Shown one piece after another: positions 29,709 through 39,752 of a stretch of 64,000 nt of DNA (the stretch's first letter is position 1; each line of letters begins with the position of its first letter). The DNA is from Oceanispirochaeta sp. (GTDB lineage Bacteria; Spirochaetota; Spirochaetia; DSM-2461). The DNA is taken from NCBI GenBank assembly GCA_963666275.2, contig CAXXOA010000001.1, positions 1,984,001 to 2,048,000 of the forward strand, given 5' to 3'. The position numbers were made by a program, and so were the translations under genes. A model generated the notes under the pieces. It was not told where the DNA came from. It saw nothing but the letters and a program-made list of their open reading frames with translations, and did no database searches.

Positions 29709-30395
29709 AGTGAAGACAAAATTGAATAGTTCCTCTTCGTACTCCACACCGTCAAAGACAGAAATATAGAGAGGATTTCCGGCAAATTCCCGTTTCTGTT
29801 CAAGAATACCCGAAACTTTAATACTATAGGCTCCCACCGAAAGTTCCATATCTTTCACAGGAGATGTCAGATACTCTTCCAGGTTTGTATGACAGGAGAA
29901 CGAAAGCGCTCTGGGACTGATGTCATGAAGACTGCCTTCCAGTGTCATTCCCTCACATTCGAAGGAAAAGTCACAGAGTTTGCGGCTGTAGCTGCCGAAA
30001 CGGACATACTCCCTTTTCCCATGGGAACCATTCTCATCAAGAATCGTCACCAGTTGTTCCAGAAGTTCATCTTCACTCTGGTTCAATGAGATATAGTCTT
30101 TAAACTGATCGCCGAAGGTGACGCTCTCATTAAAAAATGTATAGGCCTGGACCCCCTTATGGGCAGGCAGGATCGTATCATTGAAACTCTTCAGATCAAA
30201 ATCTTCGTAGGGATAATCGGTGTTCAGAAACAGGACGGCATCAGGAAAAGATTCCAGTAGAGGGATCAGTTTTTCAGTACTGTTTATCTTGTATATCTCA
30301 AACCCTTTTTCAAAGAGTTTTCTCAGTGTATTTTTTGCAAAATCTACTGGAGGATAGATAAAAAATACCTTTTTGCCCATATCGAACTGACTCAT
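29667..30395 (-). CDS. Protein with C-terminal PilZ-like domain
   Basis: REYVR (RxxxR) followed by DISPRA (variant of DxSxxG). Confidence 0.55.
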   Translation of the reverse strand: MSQFDMGKKVFFIYPPVDFAKNTLRKLFEKGFEIYKINSTEKLIPLLESFPDAVLFLNTDYPYEDFDLKSFNDTILPAHKGVQAYTFFNESVTFGDQFKDYISLNQSEDELLEQLVTILDENGSHGKREYVRFGSYSRKLCDFSFECEGMTLEGSLHDISPRALSFSCHTNLEEYLTSPVKDMELSVGAYSIKVSGILEQKREFAGNPLYISVFDGVEYEEELFNFVFTSLEKEMDELIQNL

Positions 30396-30466
30396 ATAAC
30401 CTCGCTGGAAAAAATTGTTACTACTATTATAATGTACATTAATAATTATTACAATTAATGTTCATT

Positions 30467-31132
30467 TCATGTGAGATAAAATACAAAACCCAGATAGAAT
30501 GCAATGCTTCCGCCCAGTACGAAAAGATGCCAGATAACATGACTCATGGGAATCTTTTTACTAATGTAGAAAATGATACCCAGGGAATAGAGGATCCCCC
30601 CCAGGAGCACCCACAGATTGAATCCCGCTGGCATGGCATCAATGAGAGGTTTTATGGCAATGATTATGGTCCATCCCATGGGAAGGTAGAATAGGTCTGA
30701 AATAAGATGCTTTTCCCGGAAAACCAGAGTTTTCAATAAAATCCCCAGGATGGCAAAACCCCATATAACTCCGAAGATTGACCATCCCCAGGCCCCTCCC
30801 AGTCCCAGAAGGGCAACAGGTGTGTAGGTTCCGGCAATAAGCAGATAGACCGCAGTCTGATCAAGAATCCTGAACCCTTTATTCACCCTGGGAATATCTG
30901 AAAACTGATGGGTCAGAGCAGATGAAAGGTAGAGAAGGATCTGAAAAGCCCCGTAAAGGCTGAACGAGACATAGGCAAGGGGTGTCCCTCCCCCCATACG
31001 GGTCAGAACAAGGAGATAGATGAATCCGGCGATGCTCATCCCGGCGCCTATACTATGGGTAAGAGAGTTGAGTTTCTCTTCTACTGTATGATCAGTCTGT
31101 TCATAATTTTTTACCATTGCTGTTACTTCCAT
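30467..31132 (-). CDS. Hemolysin III / PAQR family membrane protein
   Basis: EEKLNSLTH, YLLIAGTYTP, HVIWHLFVLGG. Confidence 0.9.
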   Translation of the reverse strand: MEVTAMVKNYEQTDHTVEEKLNSLTHSIGAGMSIAGFIYLLVLTRMGGGTPLAYVSFSLYGAFQILLYLSSALTHQFSDIPRVNKGFRILDQTAVYLLIAGTYTPVALLGLGGAWGWSIFGVIWGFAILGILLKTLVFREKHLISDLFYLPMGWTIIIAIKPLIDAMPAGFNLWVLLGGILYSLGIIFYISKKIPMSHVIWHLFVLGGSIAFYLGFVFYLT

Positions 31133-31245
31133 AATAATGAATTATGAGGGATTCTGCTGAGATATCGTATAGTCATAATATACTAAAGCGAAAAGAAAAC
31201 AGGTATTAAAATGCACTAGTTTCTGCCATAGCCTATTCTAGGCAT

Positions 31246-31275
31246 AAAAAAAGGTTCTGCATAATGCAGAACCTT
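31246..31275 (-). terminator. Terminator downstream of tRNA-Val
   Basis: AAGGTTCTGCA-TAA-TGCAGAACCTT with an adjacent A7 run on + (T tract on minus). Confidence 0.8.
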
Positions 31276-31282
31276 TAAAAAT

Positions 31283-31356
31283 TGGGCGGCGGCGGACTCG
31301 AACCGCCGACCCCATGCGTGTCGAGCATGTACTCTAACCAACTGAGCTAGCCGCCC
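31283..31356 (-). tRNA. tRNA-Val(GAC), CCA not encoded
   Basis: GGGCGGC acceptor stem, TAGCTCAGTTGGTTAGAG D arm, CATGC-TCGACAC-GCATG anticodon arm, GGTTCGAGTCC T arm. Confidence 0.95.
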
Positions 31357-31368
31357 TTGCGAGTCCCT

Positions 31369-31396
31369 ATTTTACCGGGATTCAGAAGTTTGTCAA
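31369..31396 (-). promoter_or_regulatory. sigma70 promoter of tRNA-Val
   Basis: TTGACA-N16-TAAAAT. Confidence 0.7.
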
Positions 31397-31559
31397 TATT
31401 TAATGGAAATTAAATTTTTTCTACTGAAAGTTTTTTTGCTCCCCCGATCTCTTCCATACATTTAAGGCAGAAAAGGTTCTCTCACTCACATTTATTTGGG
31501 TATTGAACAAACTTTTTTTGTTTCACTATGAAATTATTTAATAGAAATTGTTGAATATT

Positions 31560-31615
31560 TAAACGATTGGATGTAGCTTTCCAATCGGTGCATTTATTTA
31601 CTGAAACCGATTTTA
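31560..31615. promoter_or_regulatory. Three phased LacI-family-like operator sites upstream of the MCP
   Basis: TAAACGATTGGA, TCCAATCGGTGCA and TGAAACCGATTTTA; central CG dinucleotides at 31564, 31586 and 31608 (22-bp spacing). Confidence 0.55.
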
Positions 31616-31644
31616 TAAATATATAAGTGTATAAGGAATTTCAA

Positions 31645-33564
31645 ATGAAACTAAGGGATAAAATACTACTTCCTGTCAGCGCGATTCTTTTTCTTGGAAT
31701 GTTGAGCATAACTATTATACTGTTTCTCAATTCCAAAGAAGAAATTCAAAGAAATATTGTTCAGGAAATGAACCAGTTGTCTGAAATGCTAATCCGGGAT
31801 CTTGATGATTATCAGAGATCATCTCTGCAGGACGTGGAAATTTTCAGTGTAAGCCAGTTGTATACTAATATCTTTCTTGAAAATGATGAGAACTCCATTA
31901 AAAATGCCAATAGAGAACTCAGAGAGATTCAGCAGAGGCGTAGCGAATATGAAAGCATAGGGATAACCGATGGAACAGGCCTTGTTATAGCCTCGGAAAA
32001 TGAAGATCTTATCGGAAATGTCAATATAGGCAACAGGGATTACTTCCTTGCTGCAATGAAAGGCAGCAGCGCAGCGGGTGAAATCACAATAAGTAAAGTG
32101 ACTGGAAACCCTGTGATCGGCGTGGCGGCACCTATTGTGGTAGAAGGAACTATCAGGGGAACTTGTTTTGTAGTTATCGACCAGACAAAGTTCAATACCG
32201 ACTATATAGACCCTGTAAAGATAGGTAATGAAGGTTTTGCCATGATGGTAGATGGAAAGGGAAATATCATCGCCTATCCTGATAAGTCCGAGATTCTCAA
32301 TTCCAATACCTATGACTATGATTTCGGCAGAGAAATGATGAGCCTTGAAAAGGGTGTAATGGAATACATTTTCAATGGGAATTCCAGAACATCTTCTGTT
32401 ATCACCAGCAGTCGGTCAGACTGGAAAATTATTGTCACAGCAGAGAATGATGATATTTACGCAGGGGTTAACAACCTTCTGAAATTGAGCATACTCATCA
32501 CCATTTTCGTTTTTATCATAGGAGTGGCCATCATAGTTTTTCTATCCAAATCCATTGTAAAACCAATCAGAATAAACAGCGAATATGCGGAAAAGCTGGC
32601 AGACGGAGATCTGACTTTCGACTTTAATCAGGACCTTTTAAAAAATAGAGACGAATCTGGAGATCTGGCAAAATCCTTCTATAAAGTTATTGAAAAACTC
32701 AGGACTGTTGTCTTCGATGTTCGAAGTGCCTCTGAACAGGTCGGACAGGGAAGCCAGCAGCTTGCAAATACTTCAGAGGAGATCTCTCAGGGAGCAAGCG
32801 AACAGGCTTCTACCTCTGAAGAAGTCTCTTCTGCAATGGAACAGATGAGTTCCACTATTGCTCAGAATTCAGAAAATGCCACGCTGACAGCTCAGATAGC
32901 AACCAAGGTAGCCGAAGATGCGGAAGACGGCGGAAAGGCTGTCCAGGAGGCTGTAGATGCTATGGTTCAGATAACCGAGAAGATCGCAGTCATAGAAGAT
33001 ATTTCCAGAAATACAAACCTGCTCTCTCTGAATGCCGCGATCGAAGCGGCAAGGGCCGGAGAGCATGGCAAAGGCTTTGCAGTCGTCGCCGGAGAAGTGA
33101 AGAAACTGGCAGTCAGCAGTCAATCCGCTGCCAAAGAGATACAGGAACTGGCAAAAATAAGTTCCCAGAAAGCGGATAATGCGGGCAGGAAAATCAAGGC
33201 CATTATTCCGGATGTAAAAAAGACTGCTGATCTGGTGAAGGAAATCCTGGAATCCAGCCTGGAACAGAGTACAGGAGCTGATCAGGTTAATAAAATGATG
33301 CTTCAGCTGGATACTGTCATTCAGGGCAATGCCTCCGCAGCTGAGGAATCCGCATCCATGTCGGAAGAGTTGTCAGGTCAGTCGGAGAAACTGATTGAAA
33401 TGATCCGTTTCTTCAAAGTGAACAACATCCATGAAGATCAGAAACTCTTAGCCCAAACGGATGAGAACCCTCTTCATACCGTAGCGAGAGTGTCGCCTGT
33501 TAGAGTGAAGAATACTCTACCCATGGTGGATGATGATCTGGCTAGCGGATTTGAGGAATATTAA
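31645..33564 (+). CDS. Methyl-accepting chemotaxis protein (dCache-like sensor, HAMP)
   Basis: Two TM helices, NRDYF Cache motif, [27 protein letters not shown]-terminal GFEEY pentapeptide. Confidence 0.95.
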   Translation: MKLRDKILLPVSAILFLGMLSITIILFLNSKEEIQRNIVQEMNQLSEMLIRDLDDYQRSSLQDVEIFSVSQLYTNIFLENDENSIKNANRELREIQQRRSEYESIGITDGTGLVIASENEDLIGNVNIGNRDYFLAAMKGSSAAGEITISKVTGNPVIGVAAPIVVEGTIRGTCFVVIDQTKFNTDYIDPVKIGNEGFAMMVDGKGNIIAYPDKSEILNSNTYDYDFGREMMSLEKGVMEYIFNGNSRTSSVITSSRSDWKIIVTAENDDIYAGVNNLLKLSILITIFVFIIGVAIIVFLSKSIVKPIRINSEYAEKLADGDLTFDFNQDLLKNRDESGDLAKSFYKVIEKLRTVVFDVRSASEQVGQGSQQLANTSEEISQGASEQASTSEEVSSAMEQMSSTIAQNSENATLTAQIATKVAEDAEDGGKAVQEAVDAMVQITEKIAVIEDISRNTNLLSLNAAIEAARAGEHGKGFAVVAGEVKKLAVSSQSAAKEIQELAKISSQKADNAGRKIKAIIPDVKKTADLVKEILESSLEQSTGADQVNKMMLQLDTVIQGNASAAEESASMSEELSGQSEKLIEMIRFFKVNNIHEDQKLLAQTDENPLHTVARVSPVRVKNTLPMVDDDLASGFEEY

Positions 33565-33573
33565 AAGATTTTC

Positions 33574-33619
33574 AAGCCCGTATCCTAGAGATTTCCAGGA
33601 TACGGGTTTTCTTTCTTTT
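33574..33619 (+). terminator. Terminator after the MCP gene
   Basis: CCCGTATCCT...AGGATACGGG plus T-rich tail. Confidence 0.75.
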
Positions 33620-33746
33620 CTGTATAATCTCAGAAATTTTCTTGTATCAATTCCCTTCAGATATATCCAGTTTTGACATTCCCTTACCAGGATTTTATAT
33701 AAAAACATCAGATTTAATGAGTTAAAAAATAGACTTGAGTCAGAAT

Positions 33747-33784
33747 AAAAAAAAGACCATATCTGAAGGACATGGTCTTTTTTT
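33747..33784. terminator. Terminator downstream of cheY
   Basis: A8-GACCAT...ATGGTC-T7. Confidence 0.7.
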
Positions 33785-33896
33785 CTATTCAACTTTTTGA
33801 AACGGATTCTTTCCGCAACTATTCTCTATAGATTCTCTTTGCTGATTCTGCTATACGGAGAGCGTTTCTCAAATAAAATTCATCTTGATCAGATTA

Positions 33897-34331
33897 TTAT
33901 TTGATAGCGCTGATAACCCGTTCCAGAACTTTTTTACGATCCAGCGGCTTAACAATATAATTTTTTGCTCCCAGAAGCAGCGATTTCTTTACTAGATCCT
34001 GTTTTCCCAGTGCACTGACCATAACAACACAGGCTTCTTTATCAAATTCAATAATTTTTTCAAGAGCCGTTACACCATCCATTCTGGGCATAGTTATGTC
34101 CATGGTTACAAGATCAACATCAGGATAGATTTCTTTGTATTTTTCAACGCCTTCAGCACCATCTGCAGCGGTACCGACAATATCGAAACCCTCTGATGAA
34201 AGAATCTGACTGATCTGCTTTGTAACAAACATTGAGTCATCCACGATTAAAACACGCAGTGCTTTTCCATCGTTTGTCAAACCTTCTGGTGTCCTCTCGT
34301 TAATGGAAGGAAAATCGCTGGTTGTTTTCAT
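33897..34331 (-). CDS. cheY: Chemotaxis response regulator CheY
   Basis: VDDS, MDITMPRMDG, YIVKP; last gene of the che operon. Confidence 0.92.
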   Translation of the reverse strand: MKTTSDFPSINERTPEGLTNDGKALRVLIVDDSMFVTKQISQILSSEGFDIVGTAADGAEGVEKYKEIYPDVDLVTMDITMPRMDGVTALEKIIEFDKEACVVMVSALGKQDLVKKSLLLGAKNYIVKPLDRKKVLERVISAIK

Positions 34332-34332
34332 A

Positions 34333-34803
34333 TCAAGCTCCTACTCTTTCTCTTATTGCAACATTGATTTCAACTTTACCATGCGGCAATCCAAGGGGGA
34401 CTATCAATGCTTCAACATTCATATCCGAGACCTGCATATTTTCACCTGTTATGATGGCAGGAGGAGTCAAATCAAACTTAAATCCCAGATCATGCAATTT
34501 TGTTACAGCCTGAGCAGTAATCATATTGGCAAGTTCGGTGATCGTCGCTTTTACCAACTCATCCATGGTAGTCAACTCTTCCCCATTCATGGTTGAAGCG
34601 ACTTTTATGGCAGTTTCATTGGACATATCAATAAGAACACGTCCTTCAACATCTCCAGCTAACCCAACAATAGCAGCGACACCCAAAACTGGTTGAGTAG
34701 ACTTTTTCAGATACAACTCATCTCTATTAATTTCTGCTTGCAGAACTTCTTTCATTATATTGAAAGCTGATTCTACAAAAGGATTAATATACTCGACTCT
34801 CAT
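34333..34803 (-). CDS. cheX: CheY-P phosphatase CheX
   Basis: YINPF, ELANMI. Confidence 0.93.
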   Translation of the reverse strand: MRVEYINPFVESAFNIMKEVLQAEINRDELYLKKSTQPVLGVAAIVGLAGDVEGRVLIDMSNETAIKVASTMNGEELTTMDELVKATITELANMITAQAVTKLHDLGFKFDLTPPAIITGENMQVSDMNVEALIVPLGLPHGKVEINVAIRERVGA

Positions 34804-34854
34804 GCAGCAACTCCTAATCTTCCTTTTATTATATACTATTTCAATCAGACTTTT

Positions 34855-36189
34855 TTATTTTTTTTTATATAATTTCAAACCTTTACTTTCAATAACATCC
34901 CATCGACTTTCATTGAAAGGAACTTCGTTATGCCCGACAATCAGTACTCCGCCCGGTTTAAGGGCATTGTAGATATTATCAAGGATTCTCACCTGCATGG
35001 CTTCTTCCATGAAACTCAGTGTATCACGGCAAACCGCAAGATCCAGTCTGGGCAGGGCGGTATCATTCTGAAGATCATGATATTCAAAGATAACACTGTC
35101 TTTTATCTCCTGATTGAATTGATAACCCTGAGAAGCAGATACCAGGTAGGGATCAAAAAGGGCAGATGTCTTTGATTTATCAATGATCAGTCCGGGAGCT
35201 GATGAAATATTTATCAAATCGTTATCATTTCCCTGAACTTTCAGTATGATATCAGGATTTTTCCTTTTGAGAAGGACTGCCAGGGAATAGGTTTCATATC
35301 CTCTGCCGCATCCGGGATTCCATACAAAGACATTTCCTGATTTATCAGAAAGAGCGGAACTGACGGCATTGAGATATTCATCACCCCACAGTTCACCGGT
35401 GTAGGGAGAATAGAAGCCCCGCAGATAACTGGCGGCGTCATCTCTGTTTTCAAGCTGCAGTTTATTGGTACCGCGTTCTTTTTTCCAGCTTTCAAACCGC
35501 TCTTTTATCCAATCTTTATTCAGTCCCGAAGGATGGAAACCGGCATATCCGGGTAGAGTTTCTTCAATGAAACCCAGATTGAGATCCCTGTCAGTATCTC
35601 CGGAGCGGATCGCCCCAGCGTCAAATGTTGTGTCTTCCGAAGTGGAAACAGGAGACATAACAGGAGTATCCTGAGAAACAGCCGCAACAGTATCACTGCT
35701 GCTTTCCATATTAAAAATCTTTTCTGCATCCAGGATTATATACAGACTGTTATCGTTCTCAACAACACTGTCTATGTACTTGATATTGATATCTCCGAAA
35801 AGAGGATGAGGCGGCTGCTTTCTGGAAGAATCTATGCCAATGACTTTTTCTATAGTATCCACGAGAATACCAATGGTATGGTCTTCCAGTCTGAGAATAA
35901 TCATATTCTCAAATTTTTTGTTATTATCCTCTACGGGAAGATTGAAAAAGATTCTCAGGTCAATAACTGAGATAATATCTCCTCGCATATTGTATACACC
36001 TTTCACAAAAGGTGCCGAATTGGGTACGAAAGTAAATTTTTCCGCTTTATGAATCTCTTTCACTTTCATAATATCAATACCGTAATCTTTTCCGGCCAAA
36101 GTGAAAGTGACCATTTTAAAGTCAATTTTGCTTACCTGAGCTTCATTGAGATCTTCAGTATTACTTTTTGTTTCAGTATTCACATTCAT
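34855..36189 (-). CDS. cheW: CheW fused to a CheR-like domain (spirochete CheW3 type)
   Basis: N-terminal YGIDIMKVKEI...GVYNMRGDII; C-terminal WNPGCGRGYETYSLA...CRD methyltransferase-like fold. Confidence 0.9.
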   Translation of the reverse strand: MNVNTETKSNTEDLNEAQVSKIDFKMVTFTLAGKDYGIDIMKVKEIHKAEKFTFVPNSAPFVKGVYNMRGDIISVIDLRIFFNLPVEDNNKKFENMIILRLEDHTIGILVDTIEKVIGIDSSRKQPPHPLFGDINIKYIDSVVENDNSLYIILDAEKIFNMESSSDTVAAVSQDTPVMSPVSTSEDTTFDAGAIRSGDTDRDLNLGFIEETLPGYAGFHPSGLNKDWIKERFESWKKERGTNKLQLENRDDAASYLRGFYSPYTGELWGDEYLNAVSSALSDKSGNVFVWNPGCGRGYETYSLAVLLKRKNPDIILKVQGNDNDLINISSAPGLIIDKSKTSALFDPYLVSASQGYQFNQEIKDSVIFEYHDLQNDTALPRLDLAVCRDTLSFMEEAMQVRILDNIYNALKPGGVLIVGHNEVPFNESRWDVIESKGLKLYKKK

Positions 36190-36199
36190 CAGCGGGTCC

Positions 36200-38595
36200 T
36201 TAATATTTATGTGATCTTCTCAGTCGTGAAGCCTGTTCTTTCTGAATACAGAGATCCAGAAGCTGACTTACATCAATAATCAATGAGACCGTACCGTCTC
36301 CCAGGATGGTGGCGCCGGCAATACCCGGAGAATTGGTATACTTATCCTTGAGAGGTTTGATTACCACATCTTCTTCTCCAATAAGAGAGTCTACCATAAC
36401 ACCCATTTTTTTGTCTCCGCTGCCGACGATTACAACAAAATTGTAATCACCTGCCTCATCCGTATCAAGACGGAACAGCCTGTTCAGACGGACAAGGGAA
36501 ATAACATCATCTCTGACATTAAAAACTTCATGGTTGTCTATTATGTTGATATCCTGGGGTTTTATTCTGTGACTTTCGATAACACTTGTAATGGGAATAG
36601 CATAGACCTCTGTGCCAACCCTTACAAGCAGTCCCTGAATAATCGCCAGAGTCAGAGGCAGTTTGATGATGAATTTGGTTCCTTTTCCCATGGAGGACTG
36701 AACAGTTACAGATCCATTGAGCTTCTCCATCTCCTTCCGAACCACATCCAGTCCAACCCCTCTGCCGGAAATATTTGTGATTTCCTGGGCTGTAGAAAAG
36801 CCGGGTTCAAAAATCAGATTGAAAGCTTCCACATCGGAAAGATTTTTACTGGGATGAATGATGCCCCGGTCGATGGCCTTCTTCTTTACAGCGTCCACAC
36901 TGATTCCCGCACCGTCATCGGCAATCTCAATGACAATCATATTGCCTTCATTACTGGCCTTAAGCAGGATCTGCCCCTCTTCCGGTTTTCCTGCGGCGAC
37001 TCTGTCCGCAGGACTTTCTATACCATGATCCAGAGAGTTCCTGACACAGTGCATCAGAGGATCAGAGGATCAAGAAGTTCTTCAATAACGGATTTATCGA
37101 GTTCTGTATCTTCACCCTCAATGGTTAATTTAATCTTTTTATTCAGAGATTTTGACAGATCCCTTACCAATCGGGGAAAGCGGGAAAAAATCTGATTAAT
37201 GGGAACCATCCTGATTCGCAGAATCGCTTCATGGAGGTCTCCTGTATTCCGGCCCAGATTGGCTGCTGTACTTTTGAATGTCCCTACAGTCTGTTTAAAA
37301 TTATTTTCAAAGGTATCAAAAATATTAAAAAGATCTTCATATTTCTCATTGATCTCTTTTTTGATTGCCTTTACAGACATATCCTGCTGAATGTCTTCCA
37401 GGTACTTGGGGAGATCATCAAAAAGATTTTTTAATTTTTCCTTGAAAATATTCTCAGTATTCTGAAGTTCAGTCTGTATATCCATGAACTGATTGCTGAT
37501 CTGGTTGAATGTGGCTTTATTTATAACCGCTTCACTGACAAGATTGAGAAGATTATCAATCCTCTTGCTGTCCACTCTCAGAATGGATCCTCCGGAATCT
37601 TTCTGTTTTGCCTTGGCAGGAGACTGATTCCGGGAAACCTCTTTCTGCACCTCTTCCATCTTGGCCTTCTCTTCCTGAGGAGCCTCTTCCGGTACAGGAG
37701 TTTTTGCAACAGGCTGAGGAGCCTGTACGGGTGGAGCCTGTTTTACAGGTTCAGGAACAGGAGCCGGTTCTGCAGGAACGGACTGTTTAGGCTGAACAGA
37801 AGCAGCTTCCGGAGCCTCTCCCAGAAGAGACACGGAAGTGCCGTTGGTTACATCATCTATAAAGGCAGCTTTTTCCAATTCTGCTGCGGTTTTTCCTGAT
37901 GAAACAAAGTAGGAAACCACAGGAAAAAACTGATCTTCGTAGAGTTTATCAAATTCCGGTATAGTTTTCAGTACGGATCCCAGAGTTTTCAATTTTGCGT
38001 AAACCTGGATTCCGCCGACGCTGTTCATGGGATTATCTTCATCAAAGGTGACATTTACCTGAAAAACAGGTTCACCGCCAGACGCTTCCTTGAGTTCCAG
38101 GATTTCATACTCAGTCAGTGCGTCTGAAGTATCTGCCTCAACCGGAGCAGAGGGTTTAGCCGCAGCTTTGGCGGACGCAGGAGCAGGTGCAGGACCTTTC
38201 CCGGAGGCAAGACCAGCTAAGCGGCCTTTCAAATCAGAAATGTCTCCGTCATGGATGCCTCCATCCATTCTCGCATTCAGCATTTCTTTGATAACATCAA
38301 TTGAAGCAAGCAGCGTATCGACTGTGGCCTCATTAACTTTTATATTTTCACTGCGGATTTCATCAAGGAGATCTTCAACCAAATGAGTAAACTCAGCCAG
38401 TTCTGTCATCTGAACAGTTGCGGCTCCCCCCTTCAGGGTATGGGCAGCTCTGAAAATTTCATCTATTGCATCGTGATCTTCGGGATTATCTTCGATAGCC
38501 AGAATATTCTGTTCTAGAATTTCTACCTGTGAAGTAGCTTCAGCAAAAAAATCTTTTAATAATTCTTCATTATTAGGATCAAGATAGTCACTCAT
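36200..38595 (-). pseudogene. cheA: Chemotaxis histidine kinase CheA split into two ORFs (37054-38595 and 36200-37054)
   Basis: HPt (FRAAHTLKG) and P3 in the upstream ORF; N-box (HCVRNSLDHG), G-boxes and P5 in the downstream ORF; 8-bp duplication at 37053-37068. Confidence 0.88.
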
Positions 38596-38818
38596 ATAAG
38601 GTTTACTCTCTTATTCTGGTAAGAATTTTATATGTTTTATAATAGTTTATATTTCTATGAAATACAAAGTCAAATAATAATACTATTAAAAAAGTTAGGA
38701 TGTAAATCAAATTTCCTTAAATATATATAGTTTACAAAAAGAATAAGGCCAAGTATGCGATTTTATCTAATATGAAGGGCTTTAAAGTACGAAGATTAAA
38801 CTATAGCTGGAGATAGAA

Positions 38819-39673
38819 ATGAAGCACAGATTGATACAGATAGGCCTTATATGTTTATTTATCTTCCCTGCCCTGTCAGGAGAAGAAGCGGGATTTTCAT
38901 CCTATTTCGGTACCTACGGACTGGGAAATTACAGTTCCGGCAGTACAGAGTATAAAGACTCATTTCAGTGGGGAGGAAATCTGTATTTTCAGGAAAGCGG
39001 CCTGAACGAAACGGGATTCGGCTACCGCTTGGAACTGGACTCAGACCCGATCCTTAAAACACGCTACATATCTTCTGTTCAAATTCAAAAGCCCTATTAC
39101 ACTATAGGTTTCGGGCCAGTTTTCGGTTTACTGAATCAGGGATGGACTTTAATTAAGCCAGGCTTCACCGGAGACTTTACAGCACAATATCCGGGGATTG
39201 CATTCTTCGGATTCGGAGGGGATTTGATTCCCGCAAGATCGACTCTTCTTGAAAAGGATTATTCCACTTATTCAAGTTACTTCACGATTGGTTTTTATGT
39301 GCTTAAGGATCATATTCTCTGTTACTTCACTCAAAAACGTGATCAGTATACAGAAACAGTGGATTCTGAAGTATCTATTGAAGGCAGCACTTCCTATCTA
39401 TTTTATTCAGAGTTCTATGAAAAGAATTCCTTTCTGAAAATAAAAACGACGATGGGTTATGAAATACAGGATAAAATATTGGAAACTGCTGAGGAGATTC
39501 AGCTGAAATCTATCATATTCGGTCTGAATTTTGATTTTACCATAGGCGGAAACAGTTCAGTTTATGCCAGCATTGATAACATTATCTATCCCATTGCATC
39601 GGGAGATCTTGAATTGAGCGGTGTTCCCGAATATCTCTACACATTTACAACAGGTTTCAGATGGTACAGATAA
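38819..39673 (+). CDS. Exported hypothetical protein, possible outer-membrane beta-barrel
   Basis: Signal peptide; aromatic-rich alternating strands; ends YTFTTGFRWYR. Confidence 0.55.
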   Translation: MKHRLIQIGLICLFIFPALSGEEAGFSSYFGTYGLGNYSSGSTEYKDSFQWGGNLYFQESGLNETGFGYRLELDSDPILKTRYISSVQIQKPYYTIGFGPVFGLLNQGWTLIKPGFTGDFTAQYPGIAFFGFGGDLIPARSTLLEKDYSTYSSYFTIGFYVLKDHILCYFTQKRDQYTETVDSEVSIEGSTSYLFYSEFYEKNSFLKIKTTMGYEIQDKILETAEEIQLKSIIFGLNFDFTIGGNSSVYASIDNIIYPIASGDLELSGVPEYLYTFTTGFRWYR

Positions 39674-39703
39674 AAAAAAGAGATCCCCTTTTTAGAGGAT
39701 CTC
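39672..39703 (-). terminator. Terminator downstream of flaA (possibly bidirectional)
   Basis: GAGATCC...GGATCTC stem with an adjacent A8 run on +. Confidence 0.7.
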
Positions 39704-39752
39704 CTATTTATATCAGAGCATTACGGCTCATTTCTTGTGTGTTAATTTGTTT

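Noticed and set aside
30467..31132. Hemolysin III as a toxin or virulence factor
   Set aside because: Widespread PAQR-family membrane protein; nothing in the sequence supports a toxin role
31200..33890. tRNA-anchored genomic island or prophage
   Set aside because: No integrase, no duplicated tRNA 3' end and no phage genes; only an MCP gene
34855..36189. CheW-CheR-like fusion as a novelty
   Set aside because: An established spirochete architecture (CheW3 type)
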